DNA of 64,000 bases from Candidatus Fermentibacteraceae bacterium (GTDB lineage: Bacteria; Fermentibacterota; Fermentibacteria; Fermentibacterales; JCC-6), in contig JAMOUX010000011.1 of assembly GCA_027067855.1 (NCBI GenBank), positions 12,528-76,527 of the forward strand, read 5' to 3'. The position numbers and the translations under genes were made by a program. The notes under the pieces were generated by a model. The model ran no database searches. It saw only the letters and a list, made by a program, of their open reading frames with translations, and had not been told where the DNA came from. Below are positions 8,797 to 18,345 of this stretch, piece after piece. Positions within the stretch are counted from its first letter, which is position 1, and every line of letters begins with the position of its first letter.

Positions 8797-9615
8797 CTAC
8801 CTCCCGGTGCTGCAGAAACCGGCGAAATAACCCACTACGGCCGAAGTATCCCCCGAGGCTTCCGCCGAAGTGGTCCATGCGATCGCCCCGAATTCTCGTG
8901 AACCGTTCAGGATCGCGTAACGCATAAGGGTTTTCATGGGACCTATCCCGCAGGCTTCGCCGCCCGAGGCCGCCGCCCGCTCCAGGGCTTCGGGATCCCC
9001 GCTGAGGAAGGCATCGATGATCAGTCTGTCCTTGGCTTTGGCAATTTCCAGCGGTTGATAGTGCGACAGGTCGCTGGAAGCGACCACGAGAGCGTGGTCC
9101 CTGCCACGCAGCGCCTCCAGCAGGGCGGCGGCCAACTCCCCGGAAAAATCCGGATCCGTCGAACCCTGCAGCACCACGGTGATTTCGGCGGCGGGCCACT
9201 TAACCTGGATGAAGGGTACCTGGACCTCGGCGGAATGCTCCGCCACGTGGGCGCGGGGTTGGTACACCAATCCGGCGCCCAGGAGTCTTTCCGTCACCAC
9301 GCGGTCCACCGGCGCAACGCCCAGGGGAGTCATGTAACCCTCCCCGTCAAACACGGATGCCCCGTGCACGGGATACCTGTGCGGAGGCGCAACCACCACC
9401 ACCGTGTCCACGTGGTCCGGAGCCTTCGCGAAAGCCGCTCCCGCAGTACTTCCGGAGTACATGTAACCCGCATGGGGGCTTACTATGCCGGTCACCCCGG
9501 GATCAGAGACGACACCGGCCGTTTCCAGGAAACCCTCGACCATTCCACGCAGGGTTTTTTCGTCCCCGGGATAGAACATTCCCGCAACCGCCGGTTTCCT
9601 CACCATATCATTCAA
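8797..9615 (-). CDS. MEMO1 family protein (AmmeMemoRadiSam system protein B-like)
   Basis: AGMFYPGDEKTL ... IVSPHAGYMYSGSTAGAAF ... SSDLSHY is a typical Memo-like motif pattern. Confidence 0.85.
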   Translation of the reverse strand: MNDMVRKPAVAGMFYPGDEKTLRGMVEGFLETAGVVSDPGVTGIVSPHAGYMYSGSTAGAAFAKAPDHVDTVVVVAPPHRYPVHGASVFDGEGYMTPLGVAPVDRVVTERLLGAGLVYQPRAHVAEHSAEVQVPFIQVKWPAAEITVVLQGSTDPDFSGELAAALLEALRGRDHALVVASSDLSHYQPLEIAKAKDRLIIDAFLSGDPEALERAAASGGEACGIGPMKTLMRYAILNGSREFGAIAWTTSAEASGDTSAVVGYFAGFCSTGR

Positions 9616-10336
9616 ACTCCCGATTCATCATATCTTCCATGGAATAAAGTCCGGGAGGCTTTCCCGCCACGAACCCGGCGGCTTTCAGCGCTCCCAGCGC
9701 GAATGTCCTCCTGCCCGTGGCGGCATGAGTCAGAACCAACCTTTCTCCGTCACCGAGAAGATGAAGCTGGTGTTCACCGGGAACGTCTCCGCCCCTCAGG
9801 GAATGGAAACCCAGTTCATCCTTCCGCCTGGGCCCCGCGGCGCCATGCCTGCCCATGATTCTCCGGGACGGACCCATAACCCCCTCCCATGCGGACGCCA
9901 GTTCCAGGGCCGTTCCGCTGGGGCTGTCCACCTTGCCCCCGTGATGTATCTCGACTATCTCCAGGGAGAAATCCTTTCCGAGCATACCCGCGGCGACTTC
10001 GAGAAGCTTGCCCAGAACGTGTATGCCGCGGCTCATGTTCAAGGAGTGGAAAACGGGCCGCTCGACCGCCCATTTCTCCATGAGATCCATGTGTTCCTTC
10101 TCCAGTCCGGTGGTGCCCGTTACCAGGGCCGCCCCGGTGCCTTTCAGAAGGATGTCCAGGTCTTTCCAGGCCGATGGGATGCTGAAATCGATCACCACGT
10201 CCACTTCTCCGGAAAGGGGTACGTCCGGAGGCGTACCGGGAGGCGTGACGTCATATTTCGCAACAACGGAATCTCCGGCCTCGGCGGCCACGGCCCTGCC
10301 CATCCTGCCTTCGCTGCCGAAGATGCAGATTTTCAT
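9608..10336 (-). CDS. dapB: 4-hydroxy-tetrahydrodipicolinate reductase
   Basis: [16 protein letters not shown] Rossmann N-terminus, then EIVEIHHGGKVDSPSGTAL and LVLTHAATGRRTFALGAL DapB motifs. The start was taken at the internal MKICIFG (10336), giving ATGA overlap with dapA. The track ORF extends to 10429. Confidence 0.9.
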   Translation of the reverse strand: MKICIFGSEGRMGRAVAAEAGDSVVAKYDVTPPGTPPDVPLSGEVDVVIDFSIPSAWKDLDILLKGTGAALVTGTTGLEKEHMDLMEKWAVERPVFHSLNMSRGIHVLGKLLEVAAGMLGKDFSLEIVEIHHGGKVDSPSGTALELASAWEGVMGPSRRIMGRHGAAGPRRKDELGFHSLRGGDVPGEHQLHLLGDGERLVLTHAATGRRTFALGALKAAGFVAGKPPGLYSMEDMMNREFE

Positions 10337-11220
10337 CCGGCCAGGCCGGCCCTTTCCATGGCCGCTTCCAGGCGGGGTACCAGTTCTCCGGACATGGCAA
10401 GCAGGGGAAGCCTCACCTCCGAAGTGCATATTCCCATGATTTCCAGGGCTTTCTTGACCGGTATGGGATTCGTCTCCAGGAAAAGGGCCTTCATCAGGGG
10501 ATACAGCCTGTCCTGGATCTTCCTGGCTTCCTCCGAATCGCCTTTCATCGCGAGTTCCATCATCGAGGACATCTCGCCCGGCGCTATGTTGGAAACCACC
10601 GATATCACACCTTCCGCTCCCAGGGCCACCTGGGCCAGGGCTATGGGATCATCCCCGCTCAGAATCGTCATGTCGCAGAGGGATCTTATGGCCGATACCC
10701 TCTCGGCGGAGCCGGCTGCGTCCTTTATGGCGACTATACCGGGATGTTCGGCAAGCCTGGCCACGGTCTCCGGAAGGATGCCCACTCCGGTCCTCCCCGG
10801 AACGTTGTAAACTATCACAGGGCGATCCACCGCATCGGCTACCCTGCTGAAATGCTCCACCTGGCCGTCAGGCGTGGGCTTGTTGTAGTAGGGGGTTATC
10901 AACAGCAGGCCGTCCACCCCCAGCTTCGAAACGGCCAGCGAAAGGTCTATCGAAGTCGCCGTATCGTTGGTTCCGGTACCGGCTATGACGGGAACCCTGC
11001 CTCCGGCGATCTCCAGAACCTTCTCCACCACCCCCAGGCGCTCCTCCACGGAAAGCGTGGCGGCCTCCCCGGTGCATCCGCACGCCAGGAGCCCGTCTAT
11101 ACCTTTCTCCAGTTGGAAGCCGACCAGTTTCTCCAGGGCCGGGTAATCTACCGATCCGTTTCTGAAAGGCGTCGCGAGAGCCGTTATCGTGCCCCTGAAC
11201 AAACCTCTACCCCTTTCCAC
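10333..11220 (-). CDS. dapA: 4-hydroxy-tetrahydrodipicolinate synthase
   Basis: [36 protein letters not shown] ... YNVPGRTG ... IVAIKDAAG is the DapA/NAL TIM-barrel family, with the active-site Lys in AIKDA. Confidence 0.9.
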   Translation of the reverse strand: MERGRGLFRGTITALATPFRNGSVDYPALEKLVGFQLEKGIDGLLACGCTGEAATLSVEERLGVVEKVLEIAGGRVPVIAGTGTNDTATSIDLSLAVSKLGVDGLLLITPYYNKPTPDGQVEHFSRVADAVDRPVIVYNVPGRTGVGILPETVARLAEHPGIVAIKDAAGSAERVSAIRSLCDMTILSGDDPIALAQVALGAEGVISVVSNIAPGEMSSMMELAMKGDSEEARKIQDRLYPLMKALFLETNPIPVKKALEIMGICTSEVRLPLLAMSGELVPRLEAAMERAGLAG

Positions 11221-11962
11221 CCGTGAACTTGCCGAAGAAGGGCCTCAGCATCTCCAGCGGAAGCGGGAAGATGGTGGTCGAATTGTTTTCCACGGCTATC
11301 TCGGAAAGTGTCTGCAGGTACCGGAGCTGGAGGGCGGCCGGGTGAGCGTCGATGATATCGGCGGCGTCCGCCAGCTTTTGCGCCGCCTGGTATTCGGCCT
11401 CGGCCCTTATTATCTTGGCCCGCCTGTCCCTCTCCGCCTCGGCCTGCTTCGCCATGACCCTCTGCATGTCCTCGGGAAGGTCCACGTGCTTCACTTCCAC
11501 GGTGCTGACCTTGATCCCCCAGGGATCCGTCATCCTGTCGAGAATATCCTGGAGCTTGGCGTTTATCTCGTCTCTCTGCGAAAGGAGTTCATCCAGGGAA
11601 GCCTCGCCCAGGACACTTCTCAGGGTGGTCTGGGCCAGCTGGCTCGTGGCATACACGTAGTTCTCCACCTCCAGCACCGCGCTTTTGGGATCTATGACCC
11701 TGAAGTAGACCACCGCGTTTACCCTGACTGAAACGTTGTCCAGGGTTATAACGTCCTGGGGAGGCACGTCCATGGTCACCACTCTCAGGTCGACGCGCCT
11801 GATGTGATCAATAAGAGGCCATACGACTATCAACCCGGGGCCCTTTATTCCTATAACCTTGCCCAGTCTGAATATAACGCCCCTCTGGTACTCTTTCAGC
11901 ACCTTGAGAGCCGACAACAGGAAAAATGCCAGAACCACCAGAACCGTTACAAAAGGTCCCAT
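11207..11962 (-). CDS. SPFH/Band 7 (stomatin-like) membrane protein
   Basis: N-terminal TM, then the [11 protein letters not shown]...[35 protein letters not shown] core and a C-terminal coiled-coil ([21 protein letters not shown]). Confidence 0.85.
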   Translation of the reverse strand: MGPFVTVLVVLAFFLLSALKVLKEYQRGVIFRLGKVIGIKGPGLIVVWPLIDHIRRVDLRVVTMDVPPQDVITLDNVSVRVNAVVYFRVIDPKSAVLEVENYVYATSQLAQTTLRSVLGEASLDELLSQRDEINAKLQDILDRMTDPWGIKVSTVEVKHVDLPEDMQRVMAKQAEAERDRRAKIIRAEAEYQAAQKLADAADIIDAHPAALQLRYLQTLSEIAVENNSTTIFPLPLEMLRPFFGKFTGGKG

Positions 11963-12321
11963 CAGGGATCTCCTCCCTCTTCCGGCCCGTCCACGGGACG
12001 AACCTTGAGCAACATGGAATCCCCGTCCACGCTCACGACCTCCACAGGGGTTCCAACCCGCAGTTCAAGCCCTTCCCTCTCGGGAAGACACCACCACAGT
12101 TCCCCCCTTATTTCAACCACGTACCTGTTCCTGAACCCTTTAGTCTTCCTGATGATACCGGTGCTTCCTATCATGGACTCCTTACCGGTCATCCTGGGAG
12201 TCTTCTGGGCCTTCAGCCCCAGGTAGAGCTGTACCAGCCCGAGAACGAGCACCACCGCTCCCCCGGCCATCACCGCCGGGAGCAGGTCGGAATTCATGGA
12301 AATGAATTCCGTACGTATCAA
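11962..12321 (-). CDS. NfeD-like membrane protein (short form, C-terminal OB-fold)
   Basis: Small protein with an N-terminal TM helix, a C-terminal beta-rich domain and the conserved NfeD-SPFH operon pairing. The start overlaps the pilT-like stop (ATGA). Confidence 0.6.
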   Translation of the reverse strand: MIRTEFISMNSDLLPAVMAGGAVVLVLGLVQLYLGLKAQKTPRMTGKESMIGSTGIIRKTKGFRNRYVVEIRGELWWCLPEREGLELRVGTPVEVVSVDGDSMLLKVRPVDGPEEGGDP

Positions 12322-13427
12322 TCCATCCTCCAGTCCGTGGCGGTCTCGATACCCTTGAGCTTGAGATCCAGTTTCGTGGGGTTGCTCGCTGCGGATATAC
12401 CCGTATCCTTGTCTATCTTAGCATTCTTTATAAGTTTGTAGATGGACATGTCGAAGGTCTGCATCCCGTACTGCGCATAACTCTTCTCCATGGTCTCCGT
12501 GATCAGGTAGGTCTTGTCGGGATCTATTATGCACTCGGACACGGTAGAGGACTGCACCAATACCTCCGACGCGAGAACCCTTTTAGTGACATCTTCCCTG
12601 GAAGGCATCAGCCTTTGGGAGATGACTCCGACGAGAAGCTGGCCCAGCTGCAGCCTCACCAGGTGTTGCTGTTTGGAAGGGAAGACGTCTATGATCCTCG
12701 AAATGGTCTCCATGGCGTTGTTGGTATGCAGGGTGCTGAGGACCAGGTGCCCCGTCTCCGCCCCGGTCAGGGCCGTGGATATGGAGGTGATGTCCCTCAT
12801 CTCGCCTATCAGGATGACGTCGGGATCCTGCCGGAACACCGATTTAAGCCCCGTGGCCCAGTCCTTGGTGTCTATTCCCACTTCCCTCTGGCATACCGTC
12901 GATTTTATGTCGGTATGAAGGAACTCGATGGGGTCCTCTATGGTGACTATATGGGCATTCCGGCGTTCGTTTATGTACTTTATCATGGCGGCTATCGTGG
13001 TCGACTTGCCGGTACCGGTGGCCCCGGTTACCAAGATGAGCCCACGGGGCTCCATGGTCAGCTTCTTAACCACTTCGGGAAGCCCAAGGTCGTCTATATT
13101 CGGAATATCCAGGGGAATCTTCCTCATGACCAGGGCCGGGGTGCCCTTCTGCCTGTAAATGTTGACCCTGAAACGGAACTGGCCCTTCAGGGAATAACCC
13201 AGGTCCAACTCCTCGCCCGCCACGAACTTTTTCTTCTGCCGCTCGTTGAGCATCTCGATTATGAGTTTGTTTATATGTCCCTGCCTCAGGATAGAGAAAT
13301 CTTCCAGGTGTATTATGTGCCCCGATTTCCTGATTATAGGCTTGGAACCTACCTTAAGATGCACGTCGCTGACGTCGTCTTCGAGAACGGCGTTGAGCAA
13401 CTTATCGATGGTTTTCTCATCTGCCAT
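12318..13427 (-). CDS. PilT/PilU-family type IV pilus retraction ATPase (second copy, lower GC)
   Basis: Walker A (GATGTGKSTT), Walker B (LIGEMRD), Asp and His boxes (TGHLVLSTLHTNNA). The N-terminus MADEKTIDKLLNAVLEDDVSDVHLKVGSKP is typical of PilT. The gene is visibly more AT- and Lys/Ile-rich than its neighbours. Confidence 0.85.
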   Translation of the reverse strand: MADEKTIDKLLNAVLEDDVSDVHLKVGSKPIIRKSGHIIHLEDFSILRQGHINKLIIEMLNERQKKKFVAGEELDLGYSLKGQFRFRVNIYRQKGTPALVMRKIPLDIPNIDDLGLPEVVKKLTMEPRGLILVTGATGTGKSTTIAAMIKYINERRNAHIVTIEDPIEFLHTDIKSTVCQREVGIDTKDWATGLKSVFRQDPDVILIGEMRDITSISTALTGAETGHLVLSTLHTNNAMETISRIIDVFPSKQQHLVRLQLGQLLVGVISQRLMPSREDVTKRVLASEVLVQSSTVSECIIDPDKTYLITETMEKSYAQYGMQTFDMSIYKLIKNAKIDKDTGISAASNPTKLDLKLKGIETATDWRMD

Positions 13428-13983
13428 ACAAACAGTTCTCCCTTACGTAGTGTATAACCGACCCGGGCAGAAGATACCGAGTGTTCCGCCCCTCTGCAAA
13501 CCTTCTCCGAAGCCTGCTGGAGGATATATCCACCCCGGGAATCGTGAAAGTTTCCACTGCTCGAAGCAGCTCCCCGTCACCACGGGGAGCGAAGCCCGGC
13601 CTGGTTCCCGCAACCAGCTTCGCCAGCCCGACAATCTCTTCGGGTTCTTTCCAGTTGTCCAGATCATTCAGACTGTCCATGCCCATGATGAAACAAACAT
13701 CCATGCCCCCGGAAACGAGTTTCCGCAGGAGCCTCACGGTCCAGGACGGCCCCCCGGGAGGCTCCAGGTTCCCCGTCCTCAGCTCCGGAGCGTCCTCCAC
13801 GGCCAGTTCCGTCATTGCCATCCTGTGCCGGAAGGGAGTCACTTCCTCCCCCTCCTTGTGGGGAGGCGTGCGTGCCGGAACCAGTATCACCCCGTCCAGC
13901 GAAAATTTTTCCAGGGCTTCCATCGCCAGTACCAGGTGCCCGAAATGCGGCGGATCGAATGTTCCTCCAAGTATTCCGGTCAT
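13417..13983 (-). CDS. nadD: Nicotinate-nucleotide adenylyltransferase
   Basis: MTGILGGTFDPPHFGHL is the (H/T)xGH motif at the true N-terminus. The track ORF extends to 14235 with an implausible leader. Confidence 0.85.
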   Translation of the reverse strand: MTGILGGTFDPPHFGHLVLAMEALEKFSLDGVILVPARTPPHKEGEEVTPFRHRMAMTELAVEDAPELRTGNLEPPGGPSWTVRLLRKLVSGGMDVCFIMGMDSLNDLDNWKEPEEIVGLAKLVAGTRPGFAPRGDGELLRAVETFTIPGVDISSSRLRRRFAEGRNTRYLLPGSVIHYVRENCLYGR

Positions 13984-13984
13984 T

Positions 13985-14731
13985 TCACAGTCGCCCGAGT
14001 TTCTCCAGGACGTCTCCGGTACGCTCCAGGTCCAGTCCCCCCTCGTCCAGGGCCCTGCGGTAGTACTCACCGGCGGTGTATTTGTTACCCTTCGCGAAAT
14101 ATACGTCACCCATACAAACCAGCACATCCCCGGTGCACGAGGTTTTTCCGTAGTCGTTGAGCGCCTCCCGCAGGTACAGCAGGGCCGCGTCGTACTTCTT
14201 TCTCCTGGCGTAAAATCTTCCGATGAAAAGAGCACGCCTGGCCAGGAGGTCGTTGACGGCGGCCATGAGACTGTCGGCCCGGTCCGCCAGCGGGGAAGCC
14301 GGGTAGTCCTCGTAGAAGGCCTTCAGCCTGTCCCTGCAATTCAGTACCGGGGTAAGGTCCTTCCTGTAGTCGTTCCTTTGTTCCCACCAGATCCTGGCCG
14401 CGTGGAAAGCGCAGTCATCGGCCCATTGGCTCCTGGGATACTCGTTCAGCACCCGGTCCAGGTAGAAGACGGCGTCGCCCCGGAGGCCCTCGCCCGCCTT
14501 CGAGAGCCCCAGCCTGTACAGGTAGAAATCCATCCTGGAGGAACCGGGATATTCGAACATCAGCTGAGTGTACAACCTGGAAGCCCCGTGGAAGTCATTT
14601 TCGGCGAAAGCCTTCTCCGCCAGTTCCTCCAGTTCCCGGATTCCCAGGCCGGCGGTATTGTACGTCCTTCCGCAACCTACGAATGCGGTTGCCAGGGCCA
14701 ATGCGACAGCGAACTTAAAACCGAACCGCAT
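13985..14731 (-). CDS. bamD: Outer membrane protein assembly factor BamD-like TPR lipoprotein
   Basis: The internal start MRFGFKFAVALALATAFVGCG gives a signal peptide plus lipobox. TPR helices with YRLGLS ... YPRSQWADDCAFHAARI resemble E. coli BamD (YMRGL ... YPNSQYTTDA). Confidence 0.65.
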   Translation of the reverse strand: MRFGFKFAVALALATAFVGCGRTYNTAGLGIRELEELAEKAFAENDFHGASRLYTQLMFEYPGSSRMDFYLYRLGLSKAGEGLRGDAVFYLDRVLNEYPRSQWADDCAFHAARIWWEQRNDYRKDLTPVLNCRDRLKAFYEDYPASPLADRADSLMAAVNDLLARRALFIGRFYARRKKYDAALLYLREALNDYGKTSCTGDVLVCMGDVYFAKGNKYTAGEYYRRALDEGGLDLERTGDVLEKLGRL

Positions 14732-15737
14732 CGTCACTCCCATCACTACCGCCGGTCCCGTATTCCAAAGAATCCCTTTTCGCGGCCGCGGCCAGCGCCG
14801 ACCGGGAACGGGAAGCCGGCGAGACCGAACAGGCCTTCCTGTACCACGACAGGGCCCTTTCCGCATCGCCCCGGCCCTCTTCCATCAGGCCGAGCATGTA
14901 AGCCGCTGTGATTCTCTTGCCGGAAAAGCTCGAATCCCATACCTCGAGAAGTTTTTCCCGGGCCTGAACGATCCTGCCGGCTTCCAGGTCCGCGCCGGCC
15001 GTCTCCAGGAGGAGATCTATCCTCCTGAGCCTCATGTCGGGCTCCATGCCGCCCAGCCTGTCCAGTTCCGTCAGCACCGCCAGTTCATCTTCCCTGAGAT
15101 CGGTATGGGGAAGAAGCGCGGCCTTGGCCCTCAGCACGTCTTTTCTCAGGTCAGTCCTGGTCCTGGGTATCCTGTCCAGTTCCACCAGGAAACTCCTCGC
15201 CGTCAAATCCAGTATGCTGTCTCCCTCCGGGGTGCCGGAAAGGCTGTCCGTAACCCCGGAGAGCAGTTCCAGGTGCGAGGCGGCATACGAACCCCTGAAA
15301 AGCCATTCGGTTTCGAACAGGTCTCTCATACCGTATTCCAGGGCCTGGTCGAAACACCGGAAAGCCTGCAGCGAGTCGGAATGCCTGACCATTTCCCAGC
15401 CCAATCTTCGCCAAAGTTCGCCGATTTCCCTGGGATCGATATCACCGTCCCGAGCCGAGAGCGCTTCCAGCGCCGCCCCGGCCTCCGACCGATGACGCGA
15501 CGCCTCATCGGTCTGCGCCGCCAGCACCGCTATCTTGGCGAACTCCAGGAGCAACCGGGGCTGGCTGTCGCTCTCCGCCAGCGCCTGACTGAAGAACACC
15601 ACCGCCTCGGCATAATTTCCGGACCTTGCAAGCATCCTGGCTTCCTCCAGCGGATCCGATGACCCGCTTTCATCTCCACCGCATCCCCCCATTAAAGCCG
15701 GCACGGTGAAAATCAAAGGTAAGAATCGGCTTTTCAT
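14715..15737 (-). CDS. Hypothetical TPR-like lipoprotein
   Basis: Signal peptide plus lipobox (LMGGCGG), then alpha-helical repeats. Confidence 0.45.
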   Translation of the reverse strand: MKSRFLPLIFTVPALMGGCGGDESGSSDPLEEARMLARSGNYAEAVVFFSQALAESDSQPRLLLEFAKIAVLAAQTDEASRHRSEAGAALEALSARDGDIDPREIGELWRRLGWEMVRHSDSLQAFRCFDQALEYGMRDLFETEWLFRGSYAASHLELLSGVTDSLSGTPEGDSILDLTARSFLVELDRIPRTRTDLRKDVLRAKAALLPHTDLREDELAVLTELDRLGGMEPDMRLRRIDLLLETAGADLEAGRIVQAREKLLEVWDSSFSGKRITAAYMLGLMEEGRGDAERALSWYRKACSVSPASRSRSALAAAAKRDSLEYGTGGSDGSDDAVRF

Positions 15738-15747
15738 GGAAGAACAG

Positions 15748-16335
15748 TCATTCGGCCCTGCTCGAATAAAAGAGATAGATCAGACTGGCGACGATACCGG
15801 TGACCACCACGGGTTCCAGTATGCCTCCACCCACGTCCTCCGGAAGATCTTCCGACAACCAATCCCATTCCCCGGAACCTTTCGCGGTTTCGGCTTCACT
15901 CCATGAAACCCTGTCATTCCTGCGACCGCCGGTTCTCAGGTTGTCCAGAACCGCTCCATCGCGGTCCAGGAGAGTGAACATCAGTTCGCACTCGGCTATC
16001 CTGTCCACCTTCTTCGTCCCGATCACCCATGACCTGCCCACGTTCCCGTATTCCACGCGTATTTCCATGGGCCTCACCCTGAGCACCGGCACCGAATCGG
16101 GCCTCGACTCCCCATCCACCACGCCTATGCCACCCTCGCGGAGTACGGAAAGCACCGTCTGCCTTACGAACCAGTTGCCCGGGTGCTCGCCCTCCATCTC
16201 CACGTAAACCCGGTCGACCTCCAGCGCCTCCAGGTGCTCCGCCAACCCCTGCAACGCCGCCTCAAGGGCATCTTCGGCAAGCTCCATGTTGGTCGGAACC
16301 ACGGCGAGAACAGCTGTCATAAGAATGGCATGCAT
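15748..16335 (-). CDS. Hypothetical protein with N-terminal signal and C-terminal TM anchor
   Basis: ORF only. N-terminal hydrophobic segment and C-terminal VVVTGIVASLIYLFY helix. Confidence 0.4.
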   Translation of the reverse strand: MHAILMTAVLAVVPTNMELAEDALEAALQGLAEHLEALEVDRVYVEMEGEHPGNWFVRQTVLSVLREGGIGVVDGESRPDSVPVLRVRPMEIRVEYGNVGRSWVIGTKKVDRIAECELMFTLLDRDGAVLDNLRTGGRRNDRVSWSEAETAKGSGEWDWLSEDLPEDVGGGILEPVVVTGIVASLIYLFYSSRAE

Positions 16336-16439
16336 ATCACAATTCCTTTTCTTGGAAATCCGTGCTCATACGGGTCGGTTCTCCTCTCCGGAAAATGCAC
16401 CGACCGTATATAAAAACTAGGGTAGCCGTCGCCAATCCT

Positions 16440-17696
16440 TCATTCCACCGGCTCCACCATAAGATCCGGGCCCTCCCAGTCCATCACCCTGCATCTCAGG
16501 ACTCCACCCACCGGGACATCCACCTCGAAAACGCAGGCTCCGTCCACCTCCGGAGCGTCGAAAACGGAATGTCCCCGGCGTGGAGCATCCACCAGGACCG
16601 ACAGTTCCCCGCCTTCCAGGAAACCGCCCCACCACGTGTAATGTCCGTCGGCTATCTCCCCTATCCTGGCCAGCCTGGCCCGGACGATCTCCGGGGGGAC
16701 CATCTCCTCCGGCAGGGCTCTCCGGTATTCCGGGGTCCCCTCCTCGTGCCAATACGGAAAAGCCGCTATGATACGTATGCACTCGTGGGCCGACAGGAAA
16801 CCGGCCAATGCTTCGAAATCCTCTTCCGTTTCGCCGGGGTAACCAACTATCACCGTGGTTCTTACCGCCACCGGCACATTCCGCCGGTCCAGCCCGGCAA
16901 ACAGTTCGTCCAGGTCTCCGCCCGTGTAGCCCCTTCCCATTCTACGGAGAATGGAGTCCGCATAATGCTGCACCGGAATATCGATGTACGGCATGATATT
17001 CCGGTATTCCTCCACCAACTCCGCGAACCCCGGAACCACGTGGGCGGGATGGACGTAATACAGCCGGAACCAGGTCTCCGGATTGCCGGAGGCCAGTTTC
17101 TCCAGCAAACCGCGCATTCCCATTACGCCGTGCCGCCACGCGCCGGTGTCCTGACCGACTATCCCTATTTCCGCCGCCCCCAGTCGCGCCAGTTCCGACG
17201 CTTCCCCGAGTATCTCGTCCGGGGGCCTGTTCCTCCCGGGTCCCCTTATCAGGGGAATGGTGCAGTAGGCACAGCCGTTGGAACATCCCTCGGAAACCTT
17301 CAGGTAACGAAAGGCCCGGCCCGCAGGCATCGGCATCTCCACCCCGGAACCCGGGCCGAGGAAAGCGGCGAGCGAAGCCGTGTCCGCCGGACCTATAACC
17401 AGGTCGAAAGCCTCCAGGCCTTCCGAATCGTCGACCTCATACCTGCCCGGGAGGCATCCCGCCAGCACCAGGAGCCGGCCGTCACCGCCGGATTTCCACT
17501 CCGCCGCCTGCTCCATTACCTCCAGGGACTCTTCCACCGCGGGTTCTATGAAGGCGCAGGTGTTGAGCAGAAGCAGGTCGGCTTCCCCCGTTGAATCCGT
17601 AACCATCCATCCCGCCGCTGAAAGACACGTCGCGAAGGCATCGGAGTCCGCTTCGTTTTTGGGGCAACCCAGGGTTACGATGCAGGCCTTTTTCAA
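16440..17696 (-). CDS. rimO: Ribosomal protein S12 methylthiotransferase RimO (radical SAM MTTase family)
   Basis: N-terminal MTTase domain (KKACIVTLGCPKNEADSD), radical SAM CxxxCxxC (CSNGCAYC) and a C-terminal TRAM domain. The likely start is a TTG one nt after the lolA-like stop, preceded by GGGGAC. The track start 17816 would overlap lolA by 119 nt. Confidence 0.8.
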   Translation of the reverse strand: MKKACIVTLGCPKNEADSDAFATCLSAAGWMVTDSTGEADLLLLNTCAFIEPAVEESLEVMEQAAEWKSGGDGRLLVLAGCLPGRYEVDDSEGLEAFDLVIGPADTASLAAFLGPGSGVEMPMPAGRAFRYLKVSEGCSNGCAYCTIPLIRGPGRNRPPDEILGEASELARLGAAEIGIVGQDTGAWRHGVMGMRGLLEKLASGNPETWFRLYYVHPAHVVPGFAELVEEYRNIMPYIDIPVQHYADSILRRMGRGYTGGDLDELFAGLDRRNVPVAVRTTVIVGYPGETEEDFEALAGFLSAHECIRIIAAFPYWHEEGTPEYRRALPEEMVPPEIVRARLARIGEIADGHYTWWGGFLEGGELSVLVDAPRRGHSVFDAPEVDGACVFEVDVPVGGVLRCRVMDWEGPDLMVEPVE

Positions 17697-17697
17697 G

Positions 17698-18300
17698 TTA
17701 CATGTCCCCCGGTTCCAACACCAGGTACCCTTCCGGAACCTCCAGGTCGAAGACGCCGGCCGGAATGGTGTCGTAAATGGAAAGATCCTCCAGGCGATAC
17801 GAAGTGCGATTTCCATTGAAGTCCGTGGTGGAAAAAAAGAACGGCATGCTGTCCGAAAGGGTGAAACCCACTTCCATCAGTCTTATCCCGCCGCCGAAAT
17901 CGCCTTCCAGGATAACCGACAGGCTGTCGCCGGAACCGGTGACCGCGGCGCAGGCGGTGGAATCGTCGCAGCATCCCAGAAGGTACAGGAAATTACCGGG
18001 ACCCTCCCCGTCGTATACCAGCACCTGCCTGGAATCGGGGTCGATGGTATACAGGATTTTCCCGTCATACCCGGTCACCATGCCCTCCGGATCGTCGTAC
18101 GCCAGCTTGAACAGGTCGGGAGGGGCCAGGTGCATGGTTCCCCGGGCGGTCTCCTCCTCCATGGTCAGGGCATGGAACACCGTCTCGGTGAAGAACCCGG
18201 TCACGTAACCGGCCTTTTCCAGCTTCGCCACGAGCGGCGAAACCGGGGTTCCCGCCGCCAGCGCCGCCGTAAGTACGAATAAATACATTCCAGCCTCCAT
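17698..18300 (-). CDS. lolA: LolA-like outer-membrane lipoprotein carrier protein
   Basis: Signal peptide plus an LolA-like beta-barrel pattern (GTMHL...KILYTIDPDSRQVLVYD). ftsK-lolA synteny is conserved, as in E. coli. Confidence 0.6.
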   Translation of the reverse strand: MEAGMYLFVLTAALAAGTPVSPLVAKLEKAGYVTGFFTETVFHALTMEEETARGTMHLAPPDLFKLAYDDPEGMVTGYDGKILYTIDPDSRQVLVYDGEGPGNFLYLLGCCDDSTACAAVTGSGDSLSVILEGDFGGGIRLMEVGFTLSDSMPFFFSTTDFNGNRTSYRLEDLSIYDTIPAGVFDLEVPEGYLVLEPGDM

Positions 18301-18345
18301 GCGGGGATCATTCGGACGAATATACCCGGGAAAGCTCCCGATGTT

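Noticed and set aside
16336-16439. Possible stem-loop (ACGGGTCGGT...ACCGACCGT) between rimO and the downstream hypothetical gene
   Set aside because: The stem is imperfect with a ~19-nt loop and there is no U-tract. This is too weak to call a terminator or ncRNA.
16440-17816. RimO as the missing radical SAM partner of the AMMECR1/Memo pair
   Set aside because: It has the MTTase N-domain and C-terminal TRAM domain of the RimO/MiaB family, and it is 7 kb away on a different transcription unit. It is not the AmmeMemoRadiSam-type radical SAM enzyme.
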